NCBI GenBank assembly: GCA_002633005.1
Contig: NMRA01000098.1
Coordinates: 793,042-857,041 of the forward strand
Reading direction: 5' to 3'
DNA: 64,000 bases
From: Phoronis australis
Taxonomy: Eukaryota > Animalia > Phoronida
The notes under the pieces were generated by a model. It worked only from the letters and a program-made list of their open reading frames with translations. It did not search any database and was not told the origin of the DNA. Each line of letters opens with the position of its first letter. Within the stretch, counting starts at the first letter, position 1. This document shows, piece by piece, positions 50,976 to 62,621 of this stretch. A program made the position numbers and the translations under genes.

Positions 50976-51747
50976 AGAATGTAACTAGTAAACGGGCTGC
51001 AGTCGCAGAAAAAATGTGACGTAAATTACTCCCAGATTTGACATGCTTTGAGTTATTCTGGAAGTGCCTGGCGACTGGCCATATTGAATAGCAGTTGTAT
51101 ACCTTTCCCTACATTTAGTGTATGGTTGAGGGCTGATTAAGGGTGCCTGTCGTGATACTAACCGCTATCGCTTGAAACTGCGTGGAGCCATTCACACTCA
51201 GGGTTCGGGAACGCCTTCACTCAATGCACAGGTTTCTTTCCTCTGAGTCGTTGTCACTGTTACACTGAGTCATAGGCGGATTTAGTGTGGAGGGCCCAGG
51301 GGGCCCGAGCTCCCCCCCTTGCATGGCTGCGGCAAAAAAAAATAAAACAGCAAGAGCGTCGGGAAATGTTGAGTTTATAAATTAACCCCGGTAATTAAAA
51401 TAATACGGCTGAAACAAGATTTAAATGTGTGCAGTATTAGTGTTTTGGGGGGGGGGTTCAGGTCCAATTTCAAGTGTCAAATTCGGAATACGGCGCAATC
51501 GTAACGGAACTATGGCTGAGTATAGGCTCTCCCGCGATATTCCAGGCGACCGGCAGTGATGCTGGGCACTACGACTCCGTTTCCGTCGTCTGCTCCACTG
51601 TGCATTGAAGAAAATTACTTCATTTCTTAAAGAAAATGGAATCTGAGTGACGATGAAAAAACAAAAGCTGCTGGTAAGATGTGAATTTTAATCGAAGCCT
51701 TAGTGAATCACTCAGAAACTCATAATTCTCTCTTTGTCAAACCTTAA

Positions 51748-52991
51748 AAGGGAACTGTATTTTATTCTGAATAAATTCTGGATAGTTTTCTATGAATTGT
51801 TGATTAATTTCACAAATAATTCAACACCAAAATTTAAACTTATAATCTCTAACGAAGCTCAAAAAATTACCGGCTTGGAGCGCTGCTTAGTCTCGTGACG
51901 TTTTTGGCGGGGGCAAAGTCACTGTCCTGTGTTAGCGTGCAATCAAGTATCGTTTTTTATATTGTCGAAATAAGAAATTTTAGTGTGAAATTTCGGGTCA
52001 CAAGGGATACCTGTTTGAGCCGAGGCAACACAAAGTGATACCTAGTCATCGTCAGACGAAAATTTGCCGGTGCAACTGGTGTCAGTGACTGTGCCGAGGG
52101 CAATGTGGACTCTAGCCATCCAGTCAGCCAGTTGTCAGCCAATACTCCGGCAGCTCTGTAAACTTGAAGGGTTGGTAAGTTACCGACTGTACCTGTATGA
52201 AGACTATCGTACCACTGTGTGTTGAGCTCCGTTAACCCCGAAATTTCAGACAGCCGTTGACTACCCGGGTATAGTTGACTCAGTTATGCTCGTCACCTCG
52301 TCGNNNNNNNNNNNNNNNNNNNNNNNNNNNNNNNNNNNNNNNNNNNNNNNNNNNNNNNNNNNNNNNNNNNNNNNNNNNNNNNNNNNNNNNNNNNNNNNNN
52401 NNNNNNNNNNNNNNNNNNNNNNNNNNNNNNNNNNNNNNNNNNNNNNNNNNNNNNNNNNNNNNNNNNNNNNNNNNNNNNNNNNNNNNNNNNNNNNNNNNNN
52501 NNNNNNNNNNNNNNNNNNNNNNNNNNNNNNNNNNNNNNNNNNNNNNNNNNNNNNNNNNNNNNNNNNNNNNNNNNNNNNNNNNNNNNNNNNNNNNNNNNNN
52601 NNNNNNNNNNNNNNNNNNNNNNNNNNNNNNNNNNNNNNNNNNNNNNNNNNNNNNNNNNNNNNNNNNNNNNNNNNNNNNNNNNNNNNNNNNNNNNNNNNNN
52701 NNNNNNNNNNNNNNNNNNNNNNNNNNNNNNNNNNNNNNNNNNNNNNNNNNNNNNNNNNNNNNNNNNNNNNNNNNNNNNNNNNNNNNNNNNNNNNNNNNNN
52801 NNNNNNNNNNNNCCGATACCCCGCCGTTCACGTCACTGACACATCAGCCAATCACCGATCGCTTTCAGAATTCAGTGCTTTGACCATGAATTCGAATTGG
52901 CTTTTGTTTGGCACGCAAGTCAGGCAAATGTGAGTTTTATTTGTATGTTAGAACCGATTAACTGCAACATTATTTTGACTACAGTCCCCTT
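51748..52991 (-). mobile_element. Kolobok-like element (spans gap)
   Basis: TTAA-aagggaactgta ... tacagtcccctt-TTAA. 52813-52991 is the reverse complement of about 61579-61757. Confidence 0.7.
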
Positions 52992-53415
52992 TTAAAGTGG
53001 ACCACAATGCACCAGCTTGACCGACTTAACATGCTGTTTCCCAATCCACTTGGTTTAAAATAAACTTTATTTTGCTATTAATGTAGCTTTCTTAACAATA
53101 CCTTTTGACTTAAAAAGGTTTTAACGTAATAATAACAATAATGGTACAAATATATAAAGCATACTTTTATATTCTCTGATCTTTTTTCTTACGGAAAATA
53201 TATGCTTTTTAGATGACAAGGTCTTACACTAATTTTTTATATATGAGAGTTAGAATGGAGGCCAATACACATGGTTTGAGATAACCTTGAATCTGCATTT
53301 CCTTCAGTTCAGCTGTTTGAATAAACAAAATCAAAGCTAAGACTCTTAGCTCGACAAAGTGGGAATCGAATGTCTTCTTGCCAGATGCCAATAACAACGT
53401 GTATAAAAACATTTA

Positions 53416-53555
53416 CATGGGCGGCGTAGCACTGAAAAAGTGGAGTTTATAACCCCCTACCCCTGTAGTGCACCGCCCGTAGACCATGGGCGGCGAAGCA
53501 CTGAAAAATTAGGGGAGCTATAGCCCCCTCGTCCCTCTACGGTGCGCCGCCCATG
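53416..53555. mobile_element. Two tandem ~70 bp hAT-like mini-MITEs
   Basis: catgggcggcg ... cgccgcccatg termini. The first copy is degenerate at its right end. Confidence 0.5.
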
Positions 53556-53925
53556 ATTTAGAAATTACAAAATAATGCTTTAAAATCCCAGGCTGGAGGT
53601 GTTCGACTTGGGTGTCTTTTGGGAAATTAACACATCCATACAGAGAGTGGACAACACCCACCCTCAACGAGGGAATGCAGGCCGATTTGATGGAATACTA
53701 TGTTGCAATTTTGTCGGAAAACGGTCACCCTGTCCTAAGTATTCTGGTCTTAAAAGAATCTTCTGGGCGACACGTCGTGGAGATATAATTATGCGACCTA
53801 TGCAAGTACCAAATCTGCTTATCTTTTTTTACACTAACTGAAACTCTATGCCATAACTGCACTGAAATTTTCAAGTCTAATTTAACGCGCTTAATTATTT
53901 CTCGTTAAAGCAGAATTTTGAAAGT

Positions 53926-55122
53926 ATGAGACTTTCTGGTAGCGCAAGACCAGTCGTACCCCGGTCGCCGATGTTTACATCACTAATGGTGCTGCTTTTG
54001 TGTGTGGCCACGATACATGCGAAATGGTCAACGTGGACAAGAGCCTTAACCACGTGTAACAGTGACTGTACAGTGTGCGAAGAGAGAACTTGTACAGGAG
54101 AGTGCGGCGATTCACAAAAAACGCGAAAAGCCTCTTGCATGAACAGCGACTATTGCTCGAAAAGACACTTAGTTAATCATGCTGAGATCGGTTCTGCCTC
54201 TCAGAGCAGCACCAATGGTCATGGTTTAGCTGATCGAGCCATCGACGGTTTCTGGTACAGTCGTTATGATACTTCGCTTTTGAAAGGTCCTGAGCAGGCA
54301 GTCGAGCAGAAAACTTCATGTACTCACACTGAAAGTGGAGGCAAACCCTGGTTAAATGTTTATTTAGGTCAACTAAAAACGATTAATTATGTCATGGTTC
54401 TCAACCGGATGGAAGCACCAAACAGAATGATGGCAATCACGTTGAATGTTTGGAAGAAACATAAGATTGTGGGTACATGTTTCCTTCACGAAAACGTAAG
54501 TTTCATAGTTCCACAAAGGGCACCGGGACTTTTCAAGTGCCTTGTACCACTTCTTGGAGACTCGGTGGAATTGACACTGCTCAGAGGAAATGACAGAATA
54601 TTAACAGTTTGTGAATTAGGTATTTTTACCAACGATCCTGGTTGCTGGGACGAAACCATTTCCTGGTTTGGGTATGATTATTCCGGAGGCATTCACCACA
54701 ATATCTGGGGCGATGAGTGCGCAAAGTGGACATCAGATTTCAATGTTTACCGAGACTTGTTCAGTCCTGATCATAACCTGTGTCGCAACTTTCACGGTTC
54801 TGGAATGAATGAGCCGTTCTGCTTTTCCAAATCCGGCAAAAAAGAGAAGTGTCCGGCTCCGATGTGTATGCAAACATCTGCGTCTCAGTTACACCTCACG
54901 GACTGCGTGGGTAGCCCGTCAAAAGGATTCTTCTCTCTACTCAACGGTGCTATGCTTTACATCGTAATCGTTGCAGGTGTCCTTCTCCTTGGCTCCATTG
55001 CTGCATTTCTCATTTGGAGATTTTGTGGTGCAAAGACCAAAGAAATTTTCCAACGGAAACAAATGGAAGAGGAGTATGACGATTATTATCATGATTATTA
55101 CGACTATTATGACTACTTCTGA
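53926..55122 (+). CDS. Type I membrane protein: signal peptide, TSP1-like repeat, F-type lectin (fucolectin) domain, kringle, TM, Tyr/Asp-rich tail
   Basis: 398 aa uninterrupted ORF, with an alternative start at 53971 (MFTSLMVLLLCVATIHA). TSP1-like WSTW..C...C...R.C. F-type lectin motifs ASQSS...ADRAIDG...CTHT....PWL.V.LG...VLNR (HX26R). Kringle Y.G......G..C..W...HNLCRN....PFCF...C...C. TM segment MLYIVIVAGVLLLGSIAAFLIW. Confidence 0.88.
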   Translation: MRLSGSARPVVPRSPMFTSLMVLLLCVATIHAKWSTWTRALTTCNSDCTVCEERTCTGECGDSQKTRKASCMNSDYCSKRHLVNHAEIGSASQSSTNGHGLADRAIDGFWYSRYDTSLLKGPEQAVEQKTSCTHTESGGKPWLNVYLGQLKTINYVMVLNRMEAPNRMMAITLNVWKKHKIVGTCFLHENVSFIVPQRAPGLFKCLVPLLGDSVELTLLRGNDRILTVCELGIFTNDPGCWDETISWFGYDYSGGIHHNIWGDECAKWTSDFNVYRDLFSPDHNLCRNFHGSGMNEPFCFSKSGKKEKCPAPMCMQTSASQLHLTDCVGSPSKGFFSLLNGAMLYIVIVAGVLLLGSIAAFLIWRFCGAKTKEIFQRKQMEEEYDDYYHDYYDYYDYF

Positions 55123-57379
55123 ATGGGAATGCCTGAAATCAACACTGTACGCATGTGTAACCATTTAATATCAATTTCCTTTTGGAATGCCGTACCTTCG
55201 TTTGTGATACTTCTAGGCTTAATTTGTTTAGATCAAATCACAAAACTTGGGAAAAATCTTTCGACTGAGTGTTTTTCGGAACATCTCGTTGTTGGCAATC
55301 AATTTTCGAGCTCATGTGCAGTTTTTCGACTTTTTCTCACGGAAGCTATAATTTTTATTGTAATATTGCTTTACTCGAGTTTGTCGAATGAGACGATTAA
55401 AATTCTTATTCAATCAATTTTTAAGCTATACACAAATGATAAAATGTAGTCGTTGATCCATCCAGGAAAGTTCATTGTATTCAAATTGCATAGCGTCAGA
55501 TGGAATAGTTACAAAATTAAATTCTTTGAAAGGGAAGATGGTACTGATGATTGGCGGGAACCATTATTTCATGCCTTCTCACGAGATCTTGTCTGGTTAG
55601 CATGTACTAACATAGAAAGACTGTTGGTGAGGGTGTGTCTTCGACTGTTTTTAATCACCTCCAAGACACAGGTCATGAATTCAAAAATCAAAAGATCCTG
55701 CACTTAAGAGAGGTGTTCAGAAGGCTTTGTTCATCAAATCACTCAAACAGTTGTAGTTCGGTTTAAAGTGCCATCTGGTTGAGATGACAGTTTGCGTGAG
55801 GTTGCTAACCAGACGAAATCTCGTAAGAAGACAAGAGCCGACGGTTACCTGCAATGTTCAGAACGCTAATTTGATACAATAATCAACATTTGACATTTTC
55901 CGCACGACGTTATATCTATGTACTAATAAATGTACTAATGTACATAAGAACGTCAGACGGAAATAGACGAACTTCTTATCGAATGAGCACGATCTTCACT
56001 AACATCTTCCCTTTCAAGGAGGCGTGGTGCTTCCAAGCACAGGCGCTTATGTTTATCTGTTCCTCGATCACTACTGACGTCACTCACTACTAAGAAAACA
56101 TAAAGGTTAGACACTCAAAATCTGTTTTCTCAGAATTTTCTACTCAAATGTGCATGGAACTCTGCGGTATCTGCATCGAACAAATATTTGATTATTTTCT
56201 TTCACTTGATCACTTTAAATTGCCTTCCAGCGCTGTTTTGAAGACAACGAATAAAAGCCAAAATCACAAATTCAAAGGACCTTATTTCCTGACGTAAGAC
56301 ATTCATGGCAGACGACTTTTGAGCATCCGGGTTTTGGGGGGATGCTCCCGAAGCAATTCCGAAGCTCTGTTTTCGCGCGCCCACGAATTTTATTTGAGTG
56401 CCTTCCACATAATTTAGCATCAGTTTGAATGTAGTTAAACTCTGGTTATGAAAAATAACGTTGTTTATAATTGAAGAGCTGACCTACTGCAAAATCCGAT
56501 AATTGCCGATAGCTGATTTACCACGACTAAACGTTAACCTGGTTCCGGGGCCTCACAAGCTGACGTCACGGATTGCTTGTGAAGGCCCACGTACAGTGCA
56601 CTAGAACGATGGATTTCATTGGCTGTCAGCTGGCAATTTTTAACCAGGAAGTTAACCCAGCGGTAGTACGTTACTAGGTCGCCAGATGTCGCGAAAGTAA
56701 AAGTTATTTTGTGAGTTGCGTTTGCGGTTGGAGCTCTGGTGAGGTAGCTGTTTATATTGTTATATTATCATCAAACTGTGCAGAAATTCACGTCATTATC
56801 GATTTTTTATTATGAAAATAAATCGGAATTAACAATGGCTTCACTCTTTTCACTTGGCTTTTTCAGTTTCATTATTTACGCTTCATAGGAATTGTACTAA
56901 ACGTCTCTTGCAGGGGCGGATCCNTGACTGTCAGACATTCACACCCCCAAACTGCCAAATAGTTAATTTTAGGCAGGGCCATGACCCCTTTGCAGCCCCC
57001 CCCCCAAATTCGTCACTGCAAAGTGTTACAGTAGACACAATATACAGTCCCTAGAACACCACAATTTTCAACCCTTCAGGTAGCCACAATTCCCGAGCTA
57101 CCTTCCCACCCTCGTTGCCATAATTTTTTCTTCCCATTTCCCTGTTTGAGGTGGGACCCCGCACAACTTGAGGGTCCTAAGCCATTCAGATCACCTTGGG
57201 TATATTCGGAGCCTTAAATTTCTCCTTCTAAGGTGAATTTAACCTGTGTGACTTTCAAACTTAGTGGAGAATGACTGGCCATAATGACCAAAAGTTCGAG
57301 CATGCACTGAAAACAATTACTTCCAAGGGCATCCAGAACACCACCATGTGAGTAAAAACTGCAGAATCATAGCAGTCCC

Positions 57380-57730
57380 CATAACTGGACCTCCGATGCT
57401 GGTTGAAACGACTTTTCAGGGCTTCCACAGACCACTCTTTCGCCATGGAAGATGTGAAGATCCTGGATAGAGAAGAGAATTGGTTTCGGAGAGGGGTCAA
57501 AGAAGCTATCTACGAAAGAATCGAGAATCCTAGCCTCAATAGACAGGGGGGGCTGCGGTTTCACTTACCTAGGACATGGGATAGGGCGCTGAAGAGAATC
57601 CCGCGGAAACTGCGCGACGGATCACATGACAAGTCACGTGACAACTCAGTGGCCTGATGAAGTCCTCGAGAGGAGGACGCAACGTAGCCATCTCTACATA
57701 GCGTAAGTCCAGTAGTAGATTTATTTATTG
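57380..57730 (+). mobile_element. Penelope-like retroelement 3' remnant (GIY-YIG endonuclease C-terminus)
   Basis: HSFAMEDVKILDREENWFRRGVKEAIY....PSLNRQGGLR..L...W, followed immediately by a hammerhead motif. Confidence 0.85.
57650..57690 (+). ncRNA. Minimal type I hammerhead ribozyme (core mutated, GAAA to GCAA)
   Basis: tggc-CTGATGA-a-gtcctc-gagag-gaggac-GCAAC-GTA-gcca: stem I tggc/gcca, stem II gtcctc/gaggac, palindromic ACGT in place of stem III. Confidence 0.7.
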
Positions 57731-60700
57731 TTTCTTACTCTACAGTGAAGCTTTCAATCCAAATCAAACTCGAAATTGTTTTTGTCACTTCCAGTCTACT
57801 TTCTTGCGAGATCAAGATAGACTTCATGAGTACTTAATGACCACTAGATTCGAACTAAAATTTGAGTAAAAACTTAAGATTTCTAGTAAAACCTCGAACT
57901 CAGACTCGAACTTTTAGATCTAATGCTGGGATCGGCTAGTCGGGTCTTTAATAACCTATTCCCCCAGCACCACTAGTGTAGTCAGAATTATCCAACAGAG
58001 GTTGCTAAAATTGAAATTGTGACTGTAATGAGAGGCAACCTGGAGGCACTGCATGAACAAGGGTCAGGGTAGCAAGGCAAGCACAAAACTGAAATGAGTT
58101 TCTATCAGGGGAAGGGTCTGCAATGAAGAGGGTGTAGCCTTGTTGTGCGCCCTATGGCTGTGTTAATGCCTAAGTACTTCAGTCTATCCCTGAACTAGAC
58201 CATTTTTCTAATCGATACATCAGCAAAATAAAGTTCCCAATGGTTAGACAAATTTCTTGGCATGTTGTGTTTTTTAGCCTATGAGTGTAATATTTCTAGG
58301 AACACATTAATGATGTCACACTTTTATTTTTGAGTCAACGTGAGGGTGTTTGCCAGTGCGAATGTTCTGAAGCATTTCACACTGCCCAACTCTTGCCACG
58401 ACGAGGCCCCTTCAATAAGAGTCAAATTTGTAATTTTGAAAAACTTTTCGAAAAGACCGAAATGTTGACTAAAATCACTGCTGTATTATGTAGATCATAA
58501 CAACAAGAATGAAACACTAGCATGTTGCTCAAAACACTGAGTAAAACATAATGATAATAGTCACATACAGGGCACCCCCACTTTGAGAACCAGAGAACAA
58601 GAACCTGATTTTCATTGAATAGCAGGCGTTAAAACTTGTTCTCAAAATTTGGATTGCCAGTGAGTGACTACTGCCTGGATAACAATCCAACCCACCTAAA
58701 GCACAAGGAACCCGTCAATTTGGGTTAGGTGACCCAACTTAAAGTTTCTGAAGTACCCTGACCTCCCAATTTTGAAATGTGAGATGTTTTTGCAACTAGT
58801 CATTTCAACAAACCAGGTTTTTAAAGTTCACTTGCTCACAAAGTCTAACTCCAAGATGCTTTGATTACAGCCAACCTTAGTAGTTTCTGAATGTTTTAGA
58901 ATGGTTCTGGTTTTGCAATTAGACTGAAGTTAGTAGATGATTCTTGCAAACTGCAACACTTGACATCATGTGATCGTGGAAAGCAAAAAAATGAAACAGT
59001 CGACGAGTCGGGATCCAGGATAGAGAGAGAGGAGACTTGCATAGATTGTATTTGACCAAATGTGCCACTCTGGCCAGTGACTCAGGCATTGCAAGTTACC
59101 ATGAAAGGTGAATTTCCAAATAAATTCCACACAAAAATATTTACTTTTAGGTTCGAACTGTATAAAATGAACCATTTTTGCACCAAAACCACTGAATGTT
59201 TCATATACAACTGAGGCTTCTTATGTTAAGAAGAATACACCCCAGCTTTTTGCTGAAATACAATTCCCCGTAAATAATAACTTTGCATAATTATGTTATC
59301 AGAAAAGTTGACTTCCACTGAGGCTCTCGCCAAAATGGGTCAGTTTTAATGGCTGTGCCAACTCACAAAAGCGTGAGGTTTTATCTTGCTGATTATGCTA
59401 AAGAGTGGGTATAATCCTAATTTCACAGCAACTAACACCCTCCAAAATAATAATATTCTGTACGATGGCAGTCATTGCTGAATGACACTGCCTAAAACAA
59501 TACTGTCAGTCATTATAAAGCTATTGCTAGACTGCATAATGTTTGTGTGTTTAGGACCATTGACTATTTTTATGCTCCTGACTTCTGTTAGTAGCTACAA
59601 GTGTGCCAGTCTATTATACAATGACAACGAATAGCAGAATTTCAGCATTATCCTTATCTGACCCACTAGTTAAACCTTCACGGTATTTACGCCTGTTTAC
59701 GGGAGCTTATATAACGTACACGAACATGTTAACATACGAGATGGTGTGCTCTGAAAAGGCGAGACAATCTTCCGTGGCCGCGACGCACTCAGCTAATCCT
59801 TTCCCACTATCCGGTGCTACAGTACTCCTAACATGACTGTTGACTGTTGTTGTGGGTGACCCAGGCTAGGCTATGGTAATGCCTATTTCTTCCACAAAAT
59901 ATTTCGTAAAAAATCTTCAGAATCCAGCACAGTATACAAGATAATTATCACAACATGTTTCGAATACATTTCTGGTGATGTTTTCCTTGACTCGTTAGCT
60001 TTGAAATGCGGGAGTTTGATGAAAACAGGAGAGATTTAAACAGCTGTAAATCCATCGATATTCTTTCACTGGAAGTCGCCATGTTGGTGAACTAGTTTGA
60101 CCTATTATACAACTGACCAATAGAATGCCTTGTTTCTTGAAATCGGAACAACCAATGATATTCCAAGAATGCGGATGGAAAAGTGCCCTGTCTCCGACCC
60201 CAACCAACCTCGAGGGTCTGTGCAGGAGAGAGGATTAAACGTGCGGTAAAACATCGGAAATCTCCGCCAAAATCCGAGCTTTCGTTGTGCTTGAACACAG
60301 AAGAGTACATAATGTCGAGATCAAACACAAGATACAACCGTTCTTGCAATTGAATTCTACGTTTAAGTAATAAAATGTGCTATAAGGAGAAACACATAAA
60401 ACAGAAATGAAAGAATTTTTTTAGTAACCTCAATCATTTAAATTGGGAATAAATTTCTTGACTTTTATGTTGAGGTTGGTTGCTCAAACTCGAAATTTTA
60501 TCTTCGACAGGAGTACAAGTTAAAGCACAACGGGAATCTGCGATGTTAACTATTTTGAGTCCTAGAATTTAGAGTTTTGAGATTGTTTTCAAAATTACGT
60601 CGCTAATTCACCACGCACAGGTATAATTCAATAGGATCAAAGGAAGAAGAGGCTTCGAAGATTTATGCAATACCGGTCTGAGGGAGATGCACGCAGATTC

Positions 60701-61291
60701 TTTTTGAATTTGGGACAGTTGAAGTTGGGAGCCTCGAAAAAAGTTTTAGTGTCCAACCTTTATGTTTCTTATGGTTATGAGTCATCCGGAAATTCGAGCG
60801 CATGTGCTTCCAAGATGCTAAAAATTTAATTTTGTAAGTAGTCCTGCTGACAATATTTGATTTGAATAAAACAGTTAAGCACAAAATCTCACTCTAACGA
60901 ACACAAATAAAGTTTGATTAAAGACAACTTTTCTAAAATGAAGCGGCACGTTTCGGTGGTAAAACTTCCACTATTGTCAAGCTTCTTTCAGAAAATCAAT
61001 GCCCGGATGGCTAGAGGTTCAATACACTGAAAAATGCAAAACACGCCAAAACTCCTGAACGGTGTTGGCTAACAACTAGCAACTCACAGTGGCGGATCTA
61101 GGATATCACAATGGGGGCCCAACATTTCGTCTGTAAACATTTGCTCAAAGCACGATTGTATATGCGCATAACACCGAATGGGGGGAGATCGGGAGGGTTT
61201 TTTCCTCTAAAAACCAAGCATTTTCCTTGATTATCGAAGTATTATCCAAGAAAAAAAGGGAGAAAGTGTCACACACAAAAAACTGCCAATA

Positions 61292-61353
61292 CCACAGACT
61301 CGAACTCACGACCTGGCTGCTAAAGCGTGCGTGCTTTACCAGCTGCACCACGA
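61292..61353 (-). mobile_element. tRNA-derived SINE head
   Basis: Minus-strand A-box TGGTGCAGCTGG and B-box GAGTTCGAGTC. Confidence 0.55.
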
Positions 61354-61578
61354 TTTTTAAAACTCCTAATTTGATACTAAGAGACCTACTTGTTTATAGT
61401 CCACAGCGTTTGCGCGCGAAACCTCCTTTTTGTAATGCTTATTACATTTTGGTATTTTGTGATATCAGTTTGTAACAAATTTTTTGTATTTAAAGTAGTC
61501 TTCAATTGCCCAAAAGACCAAATCCGTTTTTTGTGTTGGCAATAATGACGCGTTGCTTTGGAAATCGTCTTAAGTTAA

Positions 61579-62621
61579 TAGGGGACTGTAGTCAAAATAA
61601 TGTTGCAGTTAATCGGTTCTAACATACAAATAAAACTCACATTTGCCTGACTTGCGTGCCAAACAAAAGCCAATTCGAATTCATGGTCAAAGCACTGAAT
61701 TCTGAAAGCGATCGCTGATTGGCTGATGTGTCAGTGACGTGAACGGCGGGGTATCGGCTGCTTTACACATTCATTGCTTATGTCATATTTGAAGAGTTTA
61801 CATCGTAATTTATCATTGTATCAATCGTCCTTATTTTTTATTGTTTGCCACAATGCTGTAAAAGGTTCGCTATGCTTTTTTGTATGGCACCTGGTTGCTC
61901 TAACTCTTCGAAAAAGGCGTCTTCTAAAGGGATGGTCATCGCATACCATCGCCGGGTTACCCAAGCCTTGGCCCAAAGCTCAGTGTAGATATAGGCCTAC
62001 AGGTATAAAAGGGGACTGTAGTCAAAATAATGTTGCAGTTAATCGGTTCTAACATACAAATAAAACTCATATTTGCTGACTTGCGTGCCAAACAAAAGCC
62101 AATTCGTATTCATGGTCAAAACACTGAATTCTGAAAGCGATCGCTGATTGGCTGATGTGTCAGTGACGTGACCGGCGGGGTATCGGCTGCTTTGCACATT
62201 CATTGCTTATGTCATATTTGAAGAATTTACATCGTAATTTGTCATTGTATCAATCATCCTTATTTTTTATTGTTTGCCACAGTGCTGTAAAAGGTTCGCT
62301 ATGCCTTTTTGTATGGCACCTGGTTGCTCAAACTCTTCGAAAAAGGCGTCTTCTAAAGGGATGGTCATCGCATACCATCGCCGGGTTACCCAAGCCTTGG
62401 CCCAAAGCTCAGTGTATACTAGATATAGGCCTACAGGTTTAAGCCGATATGGGTAAAAAATGTACGAATAAAATCTGACTCAAATAAATGTCATTAAAAC
62501 TAAGTCATCCTTGAGTAAACCTAGGAAACAGGTTCCTAGAGTAAACTAACTTCTGTATTTACCGGTGTTGGAAATGTTAGCGATCGTTCATCGGCTGGTG
62601 CTACTAAAATACAGTTCCCTT
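61579..62621 (+). mobile_element. Kolobok-like non-autonomous element with a tandemly duplicated ~430 bp 5' part and truncated THAP domain
   Basis: TTAA-(t)aggggactgta ... tacagttccctt-TTAA. Units start at 61579 and 62009. MPFCMAPGCSNSSKK...IAYHR at 62301 (MLFC.. at 61872) matches a THAP N-terminus. Confidence 0.75.

Noticed and set aside
52275-52933. Three ORFs across the second gap
   Set aside because: Artefacts of translating Ns.
55123-55707. ORFs directly after the lectin-kringle gene suggesting an operon
   Set aside because: No motifs, and consistent with chance ORFs in AT-rich 3' UTR or flanking DNA.
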